Shown in pieces: positions 63,773 through 64,000 of a stretch of 64,000 bases of DNA. Within the stretch, counting starts at the first letter, position 1; the number at the start of each line of letters is the position of its first letter. The notes under the pieces are model-generated. The model did not search any database, was not told the DNA's origin, and saw nothing but the letters and a program-made list of their open reading frames with translations. The position numbers and the translations under genes were made by a program. The DNA lies in IMG/VR virus record IMGVR_UViG_3300032770_000002, positions 62,001-126,000 of that record. The stretch is one strand, 5' to 3'.

Positions 63773-64000
63773 CCCGCAACCCGCATCACCACTATCACAA
63801 GGCCTTACATAACTTGGACACCCTTATTGACACGACTAAGGGTCAACTCGCGATATTTGTGGAGTTGGCCGAGGGCCCGTGGAACCGAGTCATTGATGAT
63901 GACTGGAAAGCAGACTTAGAGTCCATGACCTTGCTTCAGCGAAAGGTCAAGCGCATCCTGTTGAAACGTGAGTTGAACCGGGAGTTTAGCCGTGCGACTC
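63769..64000 (+). CDS. Hypothetical (MTRNPHHHY...), 3' truncated
   Basis: ATGA coupled; open to the window end; first 18 nt identical to the 63134 gene. Confidence 0.6.
   Translation, partial: MTRNPHHHYHKALHNLDTLIDTTKGQLAIFVELAEGPWNRVIDDDWKADLESMTLLQRKVKRILLKRELNREFSRAT

Noticed and set aside
1-64000. CRISPR array, tRNA, rRNA or tmRNA genes
   Set aside because: No regularly spaced 25-40 bp repeats and no cloverleaf with T-loop GTTCRA context seen by eye; tRNAscan/Infernal would be needed to exclude them formally.
1-64000. Stop-codon reassignment (alternative genetic code)
   Set aside because: Conserved enzymes are intact in code 11, and TAA, TAG and TGA all terminate genes with tight coupling to the next start.
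1-64000. Nucleus-forming jumbo phage markers (chimallin, PhuZ, multisubunit RNAP) or integrase
   Set aside because: No such motifs recognised in this window; genome size and lifestyle cannot be fixed from this slice.

Overview
The window is a 64 kb slice of a large lytic dsDNA tailed phage, myovirus-like with T4-type modules in scrambled order, read in the standard genetic code with tight ATGA/GTGA/TAATG gene overlaps. Recognisable genes: gp20-like portal (truncated by the window edge), PKD-gp25 baseplate fusion, gp13-like neck, collagen-repeat and beta-helix fibre proteins, UvsW-like helicase, RuvC, HU-like protein, Dam-type methylase, AAA ATPase, three free-standing homing endonucleases, many glycan/small-molecule modifying enzymes (GT9, GT2-sulfotransferase, FkbM, HldE-like adenylyltransferase, radical SAM, GT47-like), a GGCT plus three glutamine-synthetase-fold ligases, NADAR and a dual-specificity phosphatase. 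A secreted FN3-Ig protein suggests a verrucomicrobial host (inference). The main unexplained signal is a short shared N-terminal leader, M-[KRN]-A-R-x-x-I-D/E...E, on about 19 otherwise mostly unrelated proteins. It looks like a capsid-targeting, prohead-protease-removed leader for injected cargo. In one gene a complete early promoter sits in frame inside this leader, so an early leaderless transcript would start at the Met just after the predicted cleavage Glu. Five T4-early-like promoters (GTTTACA-N16/17-TAnnnT) drive leaderless or near-leaderless genes. All family assignments are from motif recognition by eye; no searches were run.
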